This document shows positions 49,223 through 63,643 of a DNA stretch of 64,000 bases, in pieces. Below the pieces are notes generated by a model. The model made no database searches and was not told the DNA's origin. It saw only the letters and a program-made list of their open reading frames with translations. Position numbers and translations under genes: made by a program. This stretch comes from Octopus bimaculoides (taxonomy: Eukaryota). Position 1 is the stretch's first letter, and every line of letters starts with the position of its first letter. The stretch is from the NCBI RefSeq assembly GCF_001194135.2, contig NC_068981.1:72299156-72363155 (forward strand), read 5' to 3'.

Positions 49223-50871
49223 ACTGTTTCTACTTCGTGGATTTTCACTTATCACAGTGGGGTTTGGAACCTGCTAGAGTCGAGGAATTACTGTATTTGT
49301 TCTTGTTCATCCTACCAGTTTAAAATTCATGGATATTACAGTTATTTAGAAAACATCAAAATTGCTGGAATCCCACAGAAAACCATGAAATACATAATTT
49401 CATTTGAAATTCTAAATTTTCTTAAATGTCTGATTGTCAAGATGGTGTTAAGTTCACGTAAGTAGTATTGAAGATGCATTCTTAACCCATTACCTCCCAT
49501 AATTCTATTAACTGGAATTTTCGTTATGAAACTTTGATTTCTAGCATAAAACAGCCTTAGAAACGTGCTGGAATGATCAAAATAACATTTTAAATAGAAA
49601 TAAGTGCGATATTGGGTGAAAAATTAGCAAACCTCATTTGAATATCAGAGCAATATACTTAGTAGATATAGCAAAAAGGTTAGATATGTGTAAATATTGA
49701 CAGAGAATTACGAAATTTGTAATTTTTAAGTGATTTCATATGAGATCACTGGTAGGTAATGGATTAAGAGAAAACATCTATGAAATCTAGATTCTTTATT
49801 GTACACTTAACATCACTTTCACACGAGAATTTGTTATTTTTATCTTTACATCAAAATGTAAACAATCTAAATAAGGAATAAAAACAAAAACAATAGCTAT
49901 CATATTCCCTTATAGTACTGCTATTGTGCAATTACATTTGGTAAAGCTTTATCAAATTTCAAAACTTCATCCTTATTTTCATATAAGTACATACAGCTTA
50001 ACTTTAACTCTCAATCCCAGTGAATGAAGTAGAGCAGTTTCCATACTGACCTCCTAAATATATCAGTGTGTGTGTGTCATGCTCTTTTAGTGGTTTGTCA
50101 TTTTGACTGTGGCCATGCTGGATCACCACCTTAAAGGGTGTTAGTCGAAGAAGAAACTGACACCAGGACTTATGCTTTGTAAGCCTAGTATTTGTTCTAT
50201 TGGTTTCCTTTGCTGAACTGCTAAGTTATGGGGATGTAAACATACCAGCATCGGTTGTCAAGCGATGGCCGGGGGAGGGGGGCAAACACAGACACACATA
50301 TGTATCCTATTATAAATTTGAGCAATGTTCCTGTCGAAGCAAAAAATTTCACTCTATGGCAGGAGCGAACCCACCTACCACAGAGAATAAACATACAATT
50401 TTGTTTGTAAACGAGCAAACACAAAAAATCCGCCAAAGGCAAGTGAAAATGTCGCAATGCTGAACAAAAACCTGCTGAAAAAAATACACAACAAATTATT
50501 GCTCAGCTGAGCAACAAAACCGACTTACTTTGGCGAGTTCTTCAAATGTTCTTTGTTTTCATTAATTGGACGGAGAACAGCTGACCCACATCCACCTCTG
50601 TTCACGGAAGCAAGCTTCTTACCACACACAAATATTGCAAACTAGCAGAATTGTTAGCACACTGGGGAAAATGCTTAGCAACATTTCGTCCATCTTTATG
50701 CATTGAGTTCAAATTCCAATAAAGTCAACTCTGCATTTCATTCTTTCAGGGCAGACAAAAACTAAGTACCAGTTGAATACTGGGATTGATGCAATTGACT
50801 TACCCTGCCCACCCTCTAAATTGCTGGCCTTGTACCAAAATTTGAAACCAATACACACACACACACACACA

Positions 50872-51085
50872 CAGGGTGTCCATAAATTATCTTTATAATT
50901 TGAAAAATTCTGAGGAAGTGAAAAATAAGGAGGATAACTCAGCAGAGTTTATTGGCAACCAAACAATTTTGTTTGAAACATCAGAACACTTCTTCTAAGT
51001 GAACTCTAATGGTTGCATACAACACATCTAGAGAATACAGTAAAATAAACTGTGGAAGTTGTGAAAATAATTTATGAACACCTTG
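50872..51085. mobile_element. Tc1/mariner-type MITE, 214 bp
   Basis: 19-bp TIRs: CAGGGTGTCCATAAATTAT and ATAATTTATGAACACCTTG (2 mismatches). TA on the right flank, (CA)n on the left. Confidence 0.7.
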
Positions 51086-52289
51086 TATAGATATCTCATA
51101 GGTTTCATTTTTAATATCCACTTTTCCATGCTTGCATGGGTCAGATGGAAGTTGTTGGAGACAGATTTTTAATGGCCAGCTGTCTTCCTGTTGTTAGCCT
51201 TCATCTGTTTCCAAATAGAAATTAATATTTCTCCACAGCCAGAAAAGTTTTTGTGGAAGACTGGAAACAAAAACACTGGTTGTAAGACAGTGACACTCAG
51301 AACTATTGTTTGATGACAGACACACACACATCTTTTGTTTGTTTCAGTCATTTGACTGTGGCCATGAAGAGGTATCACCCTGTAGGGTTTAGTGGAACAA
51401 ATTGACCCCATAATTAGGTTTTGATTTTTAAAGCTTGTTTATTATTCTATTGGTTTCTTTTACCAAACTGCTGAATTACGGGGATATAAACAAACCAACA
51501 CTGTTCGTCAAACATTGGTGGGGATCAGGAGCAAACAAAATCTTGCACACACATACATATAGCTATACAATGGGCTCCTCTCCATCTATCAAATACATTC
51601 ACAAGGCTTTGGTTTGCCAAGGGCTAGATACTTGCCTAGTGTTTCCTTGTGATTGAAGAAAACTGTATGCATGTGTTTTAGCTTGAATACATACACGTAA
51701 GTATTGCAATTTACAATATTAATTACTTGAGAAATGTTTAAGTTTATTTTTGACTTCACTCCAAAGTTTATCAGTCAACTGTTTAGCAAATTCATCCTAT
51801 GGTCAAGAAACCCTTTGTTTAAACTGTTACATATGGTGACTTATGTAGTAGAATAATGATATTGATTGTAAAGGAGTCAATAAAATAAATCTCAGACAGG
51901 TACAAGGGAGGACGGAATCTACCCTAGTTTTCTTCTACTATATTACAGAGTAAAAAATAAAAAAAAGATATTGATTTGTAACACTGACACACCTGGTTTC
52001 ACGTAATTGCACCAGTTACAAGAAATAGCTAGATTACCTAACAGTTTAAAAAGAAACTAAGACGAGACTGGAATGCTTGGAACATAGGTCTACCTAGTCA
52101 GAAATGAACAAGATCTAAACTGCAACACTTAGTACTTTTTCTATCCAATTTGGGAGCCTCTATGCAGTCAACAGACTTGTTAGAAATAACTGTCAACTTA
52201 CCTACATATCCGATATATGAACTTGATAGACGAAAGATTTGATAAGACCGTGTATGTATGCGATGTGTGAGTGTGTGTTTACTGATAAT

Positions 52290-52490
52290 AATCCTTTCTA
52301 CTGTAGGCACAAGGCCTGAAATTTAGGGGACGGGGGCTAGTCGATTACATTGATCCCAGTACTCGACCGGTACTTGTTTTATCGACACCAAAAGGATGAA
52401 AGGCAAAATTTAAACTCGAAACGTAAAGTCTGAAGAAATGCTTTTAGGCATTTTGTCTGGCATGCTAACGACTCGACCAGCTCACCATCT
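52290..52490 (-). mobile_element. tRNA-derived SINE (type A)
   Basis: Reverse complement of the type A consensus. A similar copy lies at about 55740-55950. Confidence 0.7.
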
Positions 52491-53056
52491 ATTACTTAGT
52501 GATAATAAAGTATTTGAATTAACAGCACTTCTAGTGATGAGCTTTATTTTTTTCATTTCTATTCAATAACGAAAGTATTCAACAACGAAAGTGATACGTT
52601 ATATGCTTTCGTTTACTTAAAACGACAGTATAAGTCTTAAGCAATAATTCTCTGTGAAAAAGAGACTGCGAGTAACTACTCAAGATGTGTCCAAAAGATA
52701 AGAAAACGAAGTTATATTACATTAACAATACACCCTTATCTGTCGCTGATATTACGAAAAAGGCTATTTCTCAAATACTTATATGATACGAGTTTGTTTG
52801 ACTCATTTACCTTATCCTGATATCAATTCATGTAAATATTCCACTGAAATTAAATACAGTTCTTTGGAACCAATCAGTAACAAAGATACACACAATTTAC
52901 AAATATTTGCAAAACATTACTGCAAATTCCTGGGTTGTCTTTTAGATAACTCACACACTATTATCAATAGTTACAATTTCTAAAACCATTGTGCATAATT
53001 AATTCACAATAACAATTAAACTTAACAGTAATAAAAAATTCAAAAAACATATTCAC

Positions 53057-53260
53057 CAGATCTCGTAATGTAAATAAAGCACTCCTCCAATGCAGACCGG
53101 TTCAAACGTTTGGCGCCACAACTACCTTAATAACTTTCTGAACACTAAAGAGTTTCGTGGGACAGGAAGTTGATCCAGCTCTAATGTCCTTTCTAAAGTG
53201 TTTTAGTTCTAATTGCTTTGTGTTCTAGTATCTATGGAAAAGAAATCGGTGGCGGAATTT
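53057..53260. promoter_or_regulatory. Candidate promoter / non-coding first exon region (possibly of NUDT1)
   Basis: Locally CpG-richer unique DNA with E2F-like TTTGGCGC (53109-53116), ETS-like CAGGAAGT and a minus-strand donor CTG|GTGAAT at 53057/53056. Confidence 0.25.
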
Positions 53261-56205
53261 TTTAACGAAGTATTAATACTATCAGTTAAGAGCGAGATGA
53301 TGACCTACATATTTAAGTCAGTCTATTGGCTTGTATATTTTAATTAAAGTATTTCTTTTGGAATAAAATAATGCTACGTAGCAGAATGTGATTATATTCC
53401 AATTTTTTATTTGAATGTAAAAGTTATCTCCCCATAGTATTAATAAAATGAAAGTGAAGTTATATTTTAGGGTTGTAAAAGTTATCTCCCCGTCGACACA
53501 CTTTCGATAATGATGTTGGTCTTGCATAACGGATTTAATTCAAGTCGTTAATAGCATGTATCAACATATTGTTTATAACATTTCGTCGATAACTTCTGTT
53601 GATCAATTTATTTTTTCCCTTTTTTCTCGTTTAGAAATTTAATAATTTTCAGTATTCCTACAGATGTGTGCATCCCCCTCCACGAATTTGTTTCCTCATA
53701 ACTTCCAGAAAAATGGATATTTTTAAATGAAATTTTCTACAAATATGCTTCAGATGGTGTAGATTCCGATTATATCAGAAATTGTTGTGAAAAAAAACAA
53801 AAAAACATTCCTTAGGGTAGGAAGAGGACTTTCGAAAAATTCACATCTGTAGGCTTTGTTTTCAGGAAAATGGGTATTTTGTAACGAAATTTCTTTCAAA
53901 TACCTCTCAGAGTGTGTAAATTACGATTACATCGGAATTTGATATGAAATATAAAACAGTGAGAACATACATTCTAACACACATCACAATTTTTTTCGAA
54001 ATTTCAAGTTTCATCTGTTTGAAATGAAATTTTGATATAGAAGTGGAAAATAAAGTTGTTTTTTCTCTTTCTTTTTTTCTATTAGAGTAGCTAACTACTA
54101 CGGACTGAAATAAATATAATATATGTATAAGGTAAATTAACTGAATGTTATTTATCTCTGTAATAAAAATTAGTTAGATATCAGTTACAATTTATAAAAT
54201 TACTAGATTGACTTCATTCTAAGAAGCTACATCTCGCTGCAGGTTGCTAAACTTTACTGTGGAAGGCTGGTTTCCTTGTAAGTAACTGGACTGTGCTGCA
54301 TATTGCTAGAGCTTGCTGCACTGTAATTATCAGCACAGAAGCCAGATTTAGCATATTCCACAATAAATATATTTAGTTCAACACTCTTAAGTCATACATG
54401 GGAAAATACCAATATTCTTAAAAAGTTACTAGTTGTACCAGTGAGAAAAAAAATGTTAAAAATTAAAGTAAATACATGTTGTAGCCCTGTTTTTAGTATG
54501 ACTCATTCAATACAGCTGAAGACTAATTCAGTAAGCCTGTATAAGTTTATTGAGCTGTGTAAAATTAGAAACTCATGCTCCATGCTTTTCATATTTTTTC
54601 TGATTCCGTTTAAACATTCAATAAGATGTTCAAGTACTTGGCCATGATGCAGCCATCATATATTTTTGTACATTAGCAAACCGTTGTAAATGATTTAACT
54701 TTTTAAAAGTAAATAATAATGTCATTTATGTGAAGCCCTGGCAACAGGCAAATTGATTTTGTCATGACTTTATTACATCATTGAAATTCTTACAGCTTGC
54801 TTTTATATACAGTGCTTTCTTGTGTATAAGCTTCTGTAAATTGCACTGAAGATCTTCCTTAACTATTGGCAACTAATGAGCCAAATTGTAGCCTGACAAA
54901 AAACAGCACTATGTAATTAACAGGACATGTGGCACAGCCATCATCATAACCAAGAAATAATACAAGAAATAATATATGAACACTGCCAATATTTTGTATA
55001 TTTCAGAAGATACTTTTAAAGGGAGTTCAATAAGTAGCATAAGCAAAGCTATCTTGAAGATATTGAAAACTATTGTGATGAGATGTAAACTGCAACAGTC
55101 AGTTTTAGGTATTATGTCATCAGAATAAAACTAGATGTTCAGTTGAAGAAGAGACAATATAGTATATTTACTCACTGAATATTACTGGTATTCTTTTTTG
55201 TTAATCCTGAATGAAAGAAAGGCAAAGTTTATCTTAAGTAATATGGTATAATTATAAACAGAACAAATTTTAGCCATTTCTCCGTAGACTGAAAAAATGA
55301 TGAACAATCTTAATCGATTTTTGAACCTTAGTAAGATTTGAACACAGAGCTGAATCAATAAAAGTTAATGAGTTAATACTACCTCGGATGTTTTACAAGT
55401 GTTTGTTGATTTATACATTGCTGGTATATCTCTAGCATTTTGCTCTATTATACCCAGGCACCACCACAGAAAGCAACATTTTGGCATACTCTTCCAGAAC
55501 ATCGTTGCTTATAACCAAAACTAATTTTGACAATTCTATTTGTCTTTTAGAAAATATACCAACATAGTCATCTATGTTTCCCCTGACAGGTTTTGAGGTA
55601 AATTCTGTAACTTAATCTTCATGAAAATATTGATCTATAATATCTAATTGAGCTGCTTGTGTAATATCAGTGGTTGTAAGACAAATAGCATAAAGTAATA
55701 GGTATCGGAGTGTTCTTGAATTTGATTTTCTGTATTGGTTTCAAATTATGGCACAAAGCCAGCAATTTCGGGGGGGGGGGGTAAGTCAATAACATTGACC
55801 CCCAGCACTCAACTGGTACTTATTTATTAACCCCAAAAGGATGGAAGTCAAAGTTGGTCTGGAAAGAAATTGAACTTAGAATGTAAAGATAGACAAAATG
55901 CCACTAAGCATTTTCCCCAGCATGCTAACAATTCTACCAGCTTGCTGCCTCATTTAATTTTCTCTATTAGCATTCATTACTCTGTGCTTAACAGTATTTT
56001 TGCTTATTGCTAACTCATTAATATGATTTCTAATAGCATCTTCAATGGTATACATTTAATAAAAGCTTCTTTAATAAATTTCTCTTCATGATATTCTATG
56101 ATTGTTAACAATAATATCTGAAATGCTAAAGCTCGAAACTACTAAATGTAAGTAAAGTCCTGACAAGAATGAAAGTGAATTCTTTGACGGTGAGTTTTGG
56201 GACAT

Positions 56206-56240
<35 letters not shown>

Positions 56241-58160
56241 CACATAAATACATACACACATACATACATACACATAGGAAGATATTTACATATACACTCA
56301 TACACACACATACAAAAATACATACATATATACATATATACATACACACATACATACATGCAAATATACATATGTACATTCCTTGTAGCCCTCTAGTCAA
56401 CAGTTTAAAATAAAAAAAAATTTATATCTTAGAGGAGTGACAGATGCTTAGTATCAAGTGGCAGTTTTACATTCAAAATGTTATCACTCACAACTAGCTC
56501 AACTTGCTGCCTGTAATATACAAAGAATGTCATCATCCTTATCAACAACAGGATATTGTTCAAATGTCATCATCATCATCATCATCATCATCATTGTTTA
56601 GTGTTTGTTTTCCATGGGTTGGATGGTTTGACTGGAACTGGCAAGTCAGAGAGCTGCACAAGGCGCCAGCCTGTTTTGGCTGGATGCCTTTTCTAACACC
56701 AACCACTCCATAGAGTGTAGTGGGTATCTTTTACGTGTCACCAGTACAGGTGCCTTTTTACATGCCACCAACATGGGTGCCTTTTACATGTCACCAACAT
56801 GGGCCATGACTATGATTTCACTTGGCTTGATGTGTCTTCTCAAGCACAGCAAATCACCAAAGGTCTCAGCCACTTGTCTTTGCCTCCATGAGACTCAACA
56901 TCTGAAGATCAAGACTTGAAAATATTGTCTGCTTACATTTTATGATAATTTTATTTATCTTTTTAATTAATTATTTATGCGCTTTTGTTTGGGTTCAGAA
57001 AATAAGAATAAAAGAATTGAGAAAAAAAAACAAGAAAAAATAAAACTAAAAATCACGCACCAAGTCATGCAAGAGTTCATTAATTTGTCAGTAACTTTTA
57101 ATTAATGGGTTGTCATATGAGGTGCTGGATAATTTAGATATTACTGAAACATGATCTTTGAGATGAATATGTTTAACTTGAAATTCTTTATCAAATTTTT
57201 GTGAGATTCTTATGACAAGAAATTGCAGGGAAGCTTCNNNNNNNNNNNNNNNNNNNNNNNNNNNNNNNNNNNNNNNNNNNNNNNNNNNNNNNNNNNNNNN
57301 NNNNNNNNNNNNNNNNNNNNNNNNNNNNNNNNNNNNNNNNNNNNNNNNNNNNNNNNNNNNNNNNNNNNNTTTTTTAATGAAGTCCATGGCATATCATCTA
57401 AAAACCCATGACATAACATTGTTGATATGCATGTCATAATCTCTCCATCATTGAGTAGGATGTTCACATGGCTTGTTTGCTTACATAATAATGTGACTAC
57501 TACATGTGTCATCATCATCATCATTTAATGTCCATTGTCCATGCTGGCATGGGTTGGACAGTTTGACCAGGGCTGGCAAGCTGGAAGGCTGTACCAGACT
57601 CCAGTCTCATTTGGCATGATTTCTATAGCTGGATGCCCTTCCTAATGCCAACCACTCATGAGTGTAATGGGTGCTTTTACATGCCACCGGCATGGGTGCC
57701 ATTTGCATGATACCAGTATCTGTCACAAATTTTGTGACCAACAGATGACAGTAGAAATGTTTGAGCAATAGTAAAAAATACTTTGCAGTCAGTATTTAGT
57801 CCCGGATCTTTACGTTCTGAGTTCAAATCATACCATGGTTAACTTTTCTTTTTATTCTTTTGAAATAAAATAAAATGCCATTTGAGTAATGATTTAATTG
57901 ATTTATACTAGTATCATTCATGTTCAGAATCTTGAATGAATCTTCTTATTGCAGCTTAACCTTTTTGTTACCAACCCACCTGAGACCACCTCTGATTCGA
58001 GTATGCAAACAGCCTGTTTTAAAGTGATCTAACTTCAAATTTCCCATCAAAATCTCATGTTGATTTAAGTTCCAAGCCTTGGCTTAATAATGACAAAATT
58101 ATTGTGTTAAATTCTTAACTATTTTAAAAATCAATTGAAGCAAAAGTATTTTTCAACAGA

Positions 58161-58430
58161 AGCTCAGTGGTTAGAGTGTCAGGCTCATGATCACAAGGTA
58201 GTGAGTTCAATTCCTGGACTATGCTATGCGTTGTGTTCTTGAGCAAGACACTTTATTTCCCGTTGCTCTGGTTCACTCTGCTGGATTGGTCTTTACCTGT
58301 CCCTTGGATAACATCAGCGACATGGAGAGGGGAGGCTGGTCCTCCATAAAACAACCTTGCCTAGACTTGTGCTTTGGAGGGTTACTTTCTAGGTGCAATC
58401 TCATAGTCAATCATGACCGAAGGGGGGGGA
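58161..58430 (+). mobile_element. tRNA-derived CORE-like SINE
   Basis: A box AGCTCAGTGG, B box GAGTTCAATTCC, then TGTGTTCTTGAGCAAGACACTTTATTTC. A partial related copy lies at about 60015-60145. Confidence 0.65.
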
Positions 58431-60375
58431 GTGTCTTTACCTTTTATGGTGATGAAAGAGTTAAAGAATTGTTGAGAGTGTAAAACTACACGAGCCACTA
58501 TATTTCTGTGAGGAACAGTGATCCCAAATACTATTAACTTTAAAAGACATGACAAAGGAGCAATGCTACACAAATTATGTACTTTACAAGATATGAAGCA
58601 CAGCCTTACTACCCAGGAAAAAAATCAAAATGTTGCTGAGTGATGGATGATGCATGTATTTTCACACATACAAAATATAAATAATCCAGAACTGGAATAA
58701 ATTTATTTGCTGTGAAGAAACAGAAATACAAGTTTTTTAAAATTTTTATTTCTTCCTTATAAGCAAATCAATTTATTTAACTTTTGAATTGTTTATATTC
58801 AATAACTACCAACATAAACCATTGCTAGTTTATTCAGATCCTACTATTTACTTTACATGCAGAGTAAGTGGATGTGAGAGAAAAACTTACACATGACAAA
58901 ATCATTAAATCAATTCAATGTTGTTGTTGTTATTGTACTTGCAGCTGCTGTGGTTCCTGTGTAGCCCTAGGTCAGTGCTTCTCAAATGGGGTTCATTTGG
59001 CTCTTGAGGGTCCATATAAGATTTTTCTTTGGGTGGGGTCCACATAACAAAATAGCAAATTGAGGATCCACAAAAATTATTTTAAGGGCTCCTGAACAAA
59101 TTTTGTTTAGATGTATTTATTGGTGCGTATTGCAAGAAACAGCGAGGTTTCTTTCTCTAACATTTTACATAGTTCAAAACAAAATAGAGATTTTGAAAGG
59201 AGTTTCTATAAAACTAATTTTCAAACATTGAATGGCTATGGGGGTCCACCAGAATAAAACAATAATCAGAGAGGTCCATAGATGAGAAATAGTTGAGAAC
59301 CCCTGCTCTAGGTCAACCCTAATTGAGAAGACTGGTGTCTCACCTTTCCTAGTGATGTTCATCTTGTCTTTCTTTTTATCAATGTATATCAAAGACTACA
59401 TTAGGCAGTATGTGTTTTTCCTTTTTTTAAATGGAAAAGTTTGGTTTGAGGGAGATTTGGAAGCTATTTCTAGGAGGCCAAGCAACCATATAGTGATGCT
59501 TTTATTGGCTCTTCATCACACTAGTTCAGTTATTTATTCATGGTCATGAGTTCTATATAATTATCAAGAAAGAAAAAGGACAAAAAATACAAATATAATT
59601 ATAATTCTTCTTTTTATTAATTGAAAATTATAATGTCCTTGTTTTTCTTCTTGTCTTAAATGAAATGAATGTAAGATCAAAACTGAGTAGCAGTTTCAAT
59701 TTGCACATAAAGTAAATCAAAAGAAAAGAGAAAAGAAAATGAGAAAAACAAATTAGGTATACGCTTTTTAATGGAAACATCTTTTATTAATTAGTTTATT
59801 AATGAAGGTGGTAAGTTGGAAGAATCATTAGCATATCAAACAAAATGCTTAGTAGCATTTCTTTTGGCTTTACATACCAAGTTTAAATTTCATCAAGATT
59901 GACTTTGCCTTTCAACCTTTCAGTATCAATGAAAAAAGGTACTAGTTGTACACTGGGGTTGATGTAATTGACTACCCCCATTCAGCAAAAGTTCAGGCCT
60001 TGTGCCTATCCTTTACTTGTTTATTTCACGTTGCTCCAATTCACTCAGCTGCATTGATCTTTGCCGTTCCTTTGAATGACATCAGTGGCAATGAGAGGGG
60101 AGACTGGTATGCATGAGCGACCGCTGGTCATCCATAAAACAACCGTGTTTTACTTGTTTTAGTCATTTAACTGCGGTCATGCTGAGGCATCACCTTGGAG
60201 GGTTTTAGTCGAACAAATCAACCCCAGGATTTATTGTGTTTTTTAAAGCCTAGTACTCATTCTATCTGTCTCTTTTGCTGAACTGCTAAGTTACAGGTAT
60301 GTAAACTCATCAACACCAGTTGTCAAGTGGTGGTGGTAGGGGACAAATACAGACACACAAACATATACACACACA

Positions 60376-60433
<58 letters not shown>

Positions 60434-61457
60434 NNNNNNNNNNNNNNNNNNNNNNNNNNNNNNNNNNNNNNNNNNNNNNNNNNNNNNNNNNNNNNNNNNN
60501 NNNNNNNNNNNNNNNNNNNNNNNNNNNNNNNNNNNNNNNNNNNNNNNNNNNNNNNNNNNNNNNNNNNNNNNNNNNNNNNNNNNNNNNNNNNNNNNNNNNN
60601 NNNNNNNNNNNNNNNNNNNNNNNNNNNNNNNNNNNNNNNNNNNNNNNNNNNNNNNNNNNNNNNNNNNNNNNNNNNNNNNNNNNNNNNNNNNNNNNNNNNN
60701 NNNNNNNNNNNNNNNNNNNNNATATATGTATATATATGTACATGACAGGCTTCTTTCAGTTTCCATTTACCAAATCCACTCACAAGGCTTTTGTCAGATT
60801 GAGGCTATAGTAGAAGACACTTGTCCAAGGTGCCACGCAGTGGGAGTCAACCTGGAACCATGTGGTTGTAAGGCAAGCTTCTTACTACACAGCCACACCT
60901 GCGCCTGCAGTAAAGATTAATTAATTTCTTGAAGACAGCAACACCTAATTATTTACACAAGTCAACTCCTTGTCATCACCACTCACCAATATTACACTCT
61001 CTCCACCCTCATCAGTCAACCTCCCGTCACCATCACTACCACAGCGATCACCACTACTATTGCCATTGTAGTTGTCATCTTTCTTTGTTCAATAGCAGAG
61101 TGCCAAACTTACACATATAGTGATGGCTTTTAAACTGTAGAGAAGAATAAAACAAGGAGCTACACCTGCAATGTGAAACCTAAACAAGTACAGGAAGCTG
61201 TGTATAATATATGAATGATGAAAGAATATACTACACATTCTCCATTATACAAAATTAACAAAACAAACTGAAAAAGTGCTCTCAGACAATTATTCATCCA
61301 TCTGTCATTGCAATATGTATGTATGTATGTATATATGAGTTTATATATATGTGTGTGTCTGTCTGTATGTATGTGCGTATGTATATATATATATGTGTGT
61401 GTGTATGTATGTGTATGTGTGTATTATGTATGTACATATGAACATATGTATACATGT

Positions 61458-62731
61458 GCGTATGTATGTATGTACATAGATGTGTATGTGTACTTTCTCA
61501 TACATACAAATATACATACATAAATACATTCATACATAAATACATTCATACATAAATACATACATAGACATACACACACACATATATGATGTATATGTGT
61601 ATATACATACATACATACGTACGTACATATGTATGTATGTATGTGAAATAAATTGTTGTACAGTTATAGATTTGTAAATTCAATCAAACTGAATTTTAAC
61701 ATTAATTTTTATCTTCAGGAATTAATATTGTATCACATTATAGTATTTCTTTTTTTTTTTTTTTTTTTTNNNNNNNNNNTTTTTTTTTTTTTTTTTTTTT
61801 TTTAACCAAAAATTCAGTCTTCCAATTCTTTTTGTTGGCAGTATATAATTTGCGACTGGAATGTTAATGCATACCAAAATATATTTTTCATGCTGAAATT
61901 AACAATAATTTAATTTTGAAGAAGTTTAAATATATTTTTTTTCAATTTGCTAACATAGGAAGGTGTATATCTGTGTATGCACGCAAATTTCAAGTTGTTT
62001 AGTTTTGAGAAGAACAGAGTAGATATGTACAAGAAGTAACAGACAGTGATAAAAGAGTGAGAAGGAAAAATAAGAAACATATTGTACAAAATTCCTCTTA
62101 CGTATGTCATTGTAATATGAAAACATATTTCTTATTTAAATGTGAGCTAAAATGCTTAGTGCATGCACAACTTCAGGTTTCAAGTTGAAAATGCGTAAGA
62201 TGATGTAGTCTGTTCTTGATACAGATGTTTCAACTTATGTAATACATTCTACTTATGGTCATAAAATTGTTGCAGATTTCACATTCTCTAGACAAGGAAA
62301 TATCCATTTGCCTTCAGTTATTCTGTTTAGAGCAGTATGATATTCTGAATATAGTCGTTTTAAACAGCTCTGCCATAATGATATATGAAATTTCCAGCTT
62401 GGCCAAAGTAACATTAGGCTCATTGTTGCAATATGTTTGGTGAAGAAGGCGGCGAGCTGGCAGAAACATTAGCACACAAGGTGGTGAGTTGGCAGAAACG
62501 TTAGCACGCCGGGCGAAATGCTTAGTGGTATTTCTTCTGCCGTTACGTTCTGAGTTCAAATTCCGCCAAGGTATGTACGTACGTATGCATGTATGTATAT
62601 ACACATATACATCATATATATGTGTGTGTGTATGTCTATGTATGTATGTATGTATGAATGTATTTATGTATGTATATTTGTATGTATGAGAAAGTATACA
62701 TACACATCTATGTACATACATACATACGCAC
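61458..62731. repeat. Inverted duplication of a roughly 165-bp complex (TATG/CATA-type) low-complexity segment
   Basis: About 61458-61627 is the near-exact reverse complement of about 62572-62731, including non-repetitive interruptions (GAGAAAGTA, CATCATATA). Confidence 0.75.
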
Positions 62732-63643
62732 AAATGGCTTATCTTATAGAATAAAATGACAAGGGTTAAGAATTACTACATACTTGCAACAAAATAGCCA
62801 GTAAACAATGGTGTTGGCTGCTTCTGTGAAAATACCTCTTATGTTTTATCAAAACTGTCTTTACGTTCTGGGTTCAAATTCCGCCGAGGTCGACTTTGCC
62901 TTTCATCCTTTCGGGGTTGATTAAATAAGTACCAGTTATGCACTGGGGTCGATATAATCGACTTAATCCGTTTGTCTGTCCTTGTTTGTCCCCTCTGTGT
63001 GTAGCCCCTTGTGGGCAGTAAAGAAATAAGAAACATTAGCTCACCAGGAAAATTGATTAGTAGTATTTCGTCTGTCTTTATGTTCTGAGTTCAAATTCCG
63101 CTGAAGTTGACTTTGCCTTTCATCCTTTCGGAGGCCCGATAAATTAAGTACCAGTTGCGTACTGGAGTCGATCTAATCGACTGGCCCCCCTCCCCCCAAA
63201 TTTCGGGCCTTGTCCCTAGAGTAGAAAAGAATATGTTTGGTGAAGATTGTCAGTGTTTTGAAGTGTCACATACAGAACTTCATGGCCAATGTTATTGCCC
63301 TGATTCCATTTAACATTGGGGAAGCCAAACAATAGAAGTCCTTTCCTCTCAGAGAAAATAGCTGGTTGCCAATGACAATATGGGCCAAGGTGAAAATAGA
63401 TTCATCTGGATTTTTAACTGAAACCTAGTGCTTGAAATGTCTATCAAGAAAATGGACAAATGGCTTATCTTATAGAATAAAATGACAAGGGTTAAGAATT
63501 ACTACATACTTGCAACAAAATAGCCAGTAAACAATGGTGTTGGCTGCTTCTGTGAAAATACCTCTTATGTTTTATCAAAACTGTCTTTACGTTCTGGGTT
63601 CAAATTCCGCCGAGGTCGACTTTGCCTTTCATCCTTTCGGGGT
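62730..63643 (+). repeat. 188-bp identical direct duplication
   Basis: 62730-62917 equals 63456-63643 (unique DNA plus a 5'-truncated SINE). Confidence 0.9.
62855..63230 (+). mobile_element. Two abutting type A SINEs: a Tx1-tailed copy joined directly to a head-truncated copy
   Basis: ...GTGGGCAGTAAAGAAAT (ends 63027) is followed by AAGAAACATTAGC..., the SINE head from its AGAAACGTTAGC motif onward. Confidence 0.7.

Noticed and set aside
54207-57480. Possible exons of a third gene (plus 54207-54277 and 55007-55108; minus open frames 55432-55604 and 57088-57237)
   Set aside because: Splice-like signals and open frames exist, but phases do not chain and no protein family is recognisable. RNA-seq or tblastx is needed before calling anything.
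58161-58215. tRNA gene
   Set aside because: It has A/B boxes but no full cloverleaf and continues into a SINE body. The same holds for the other SINE heads.
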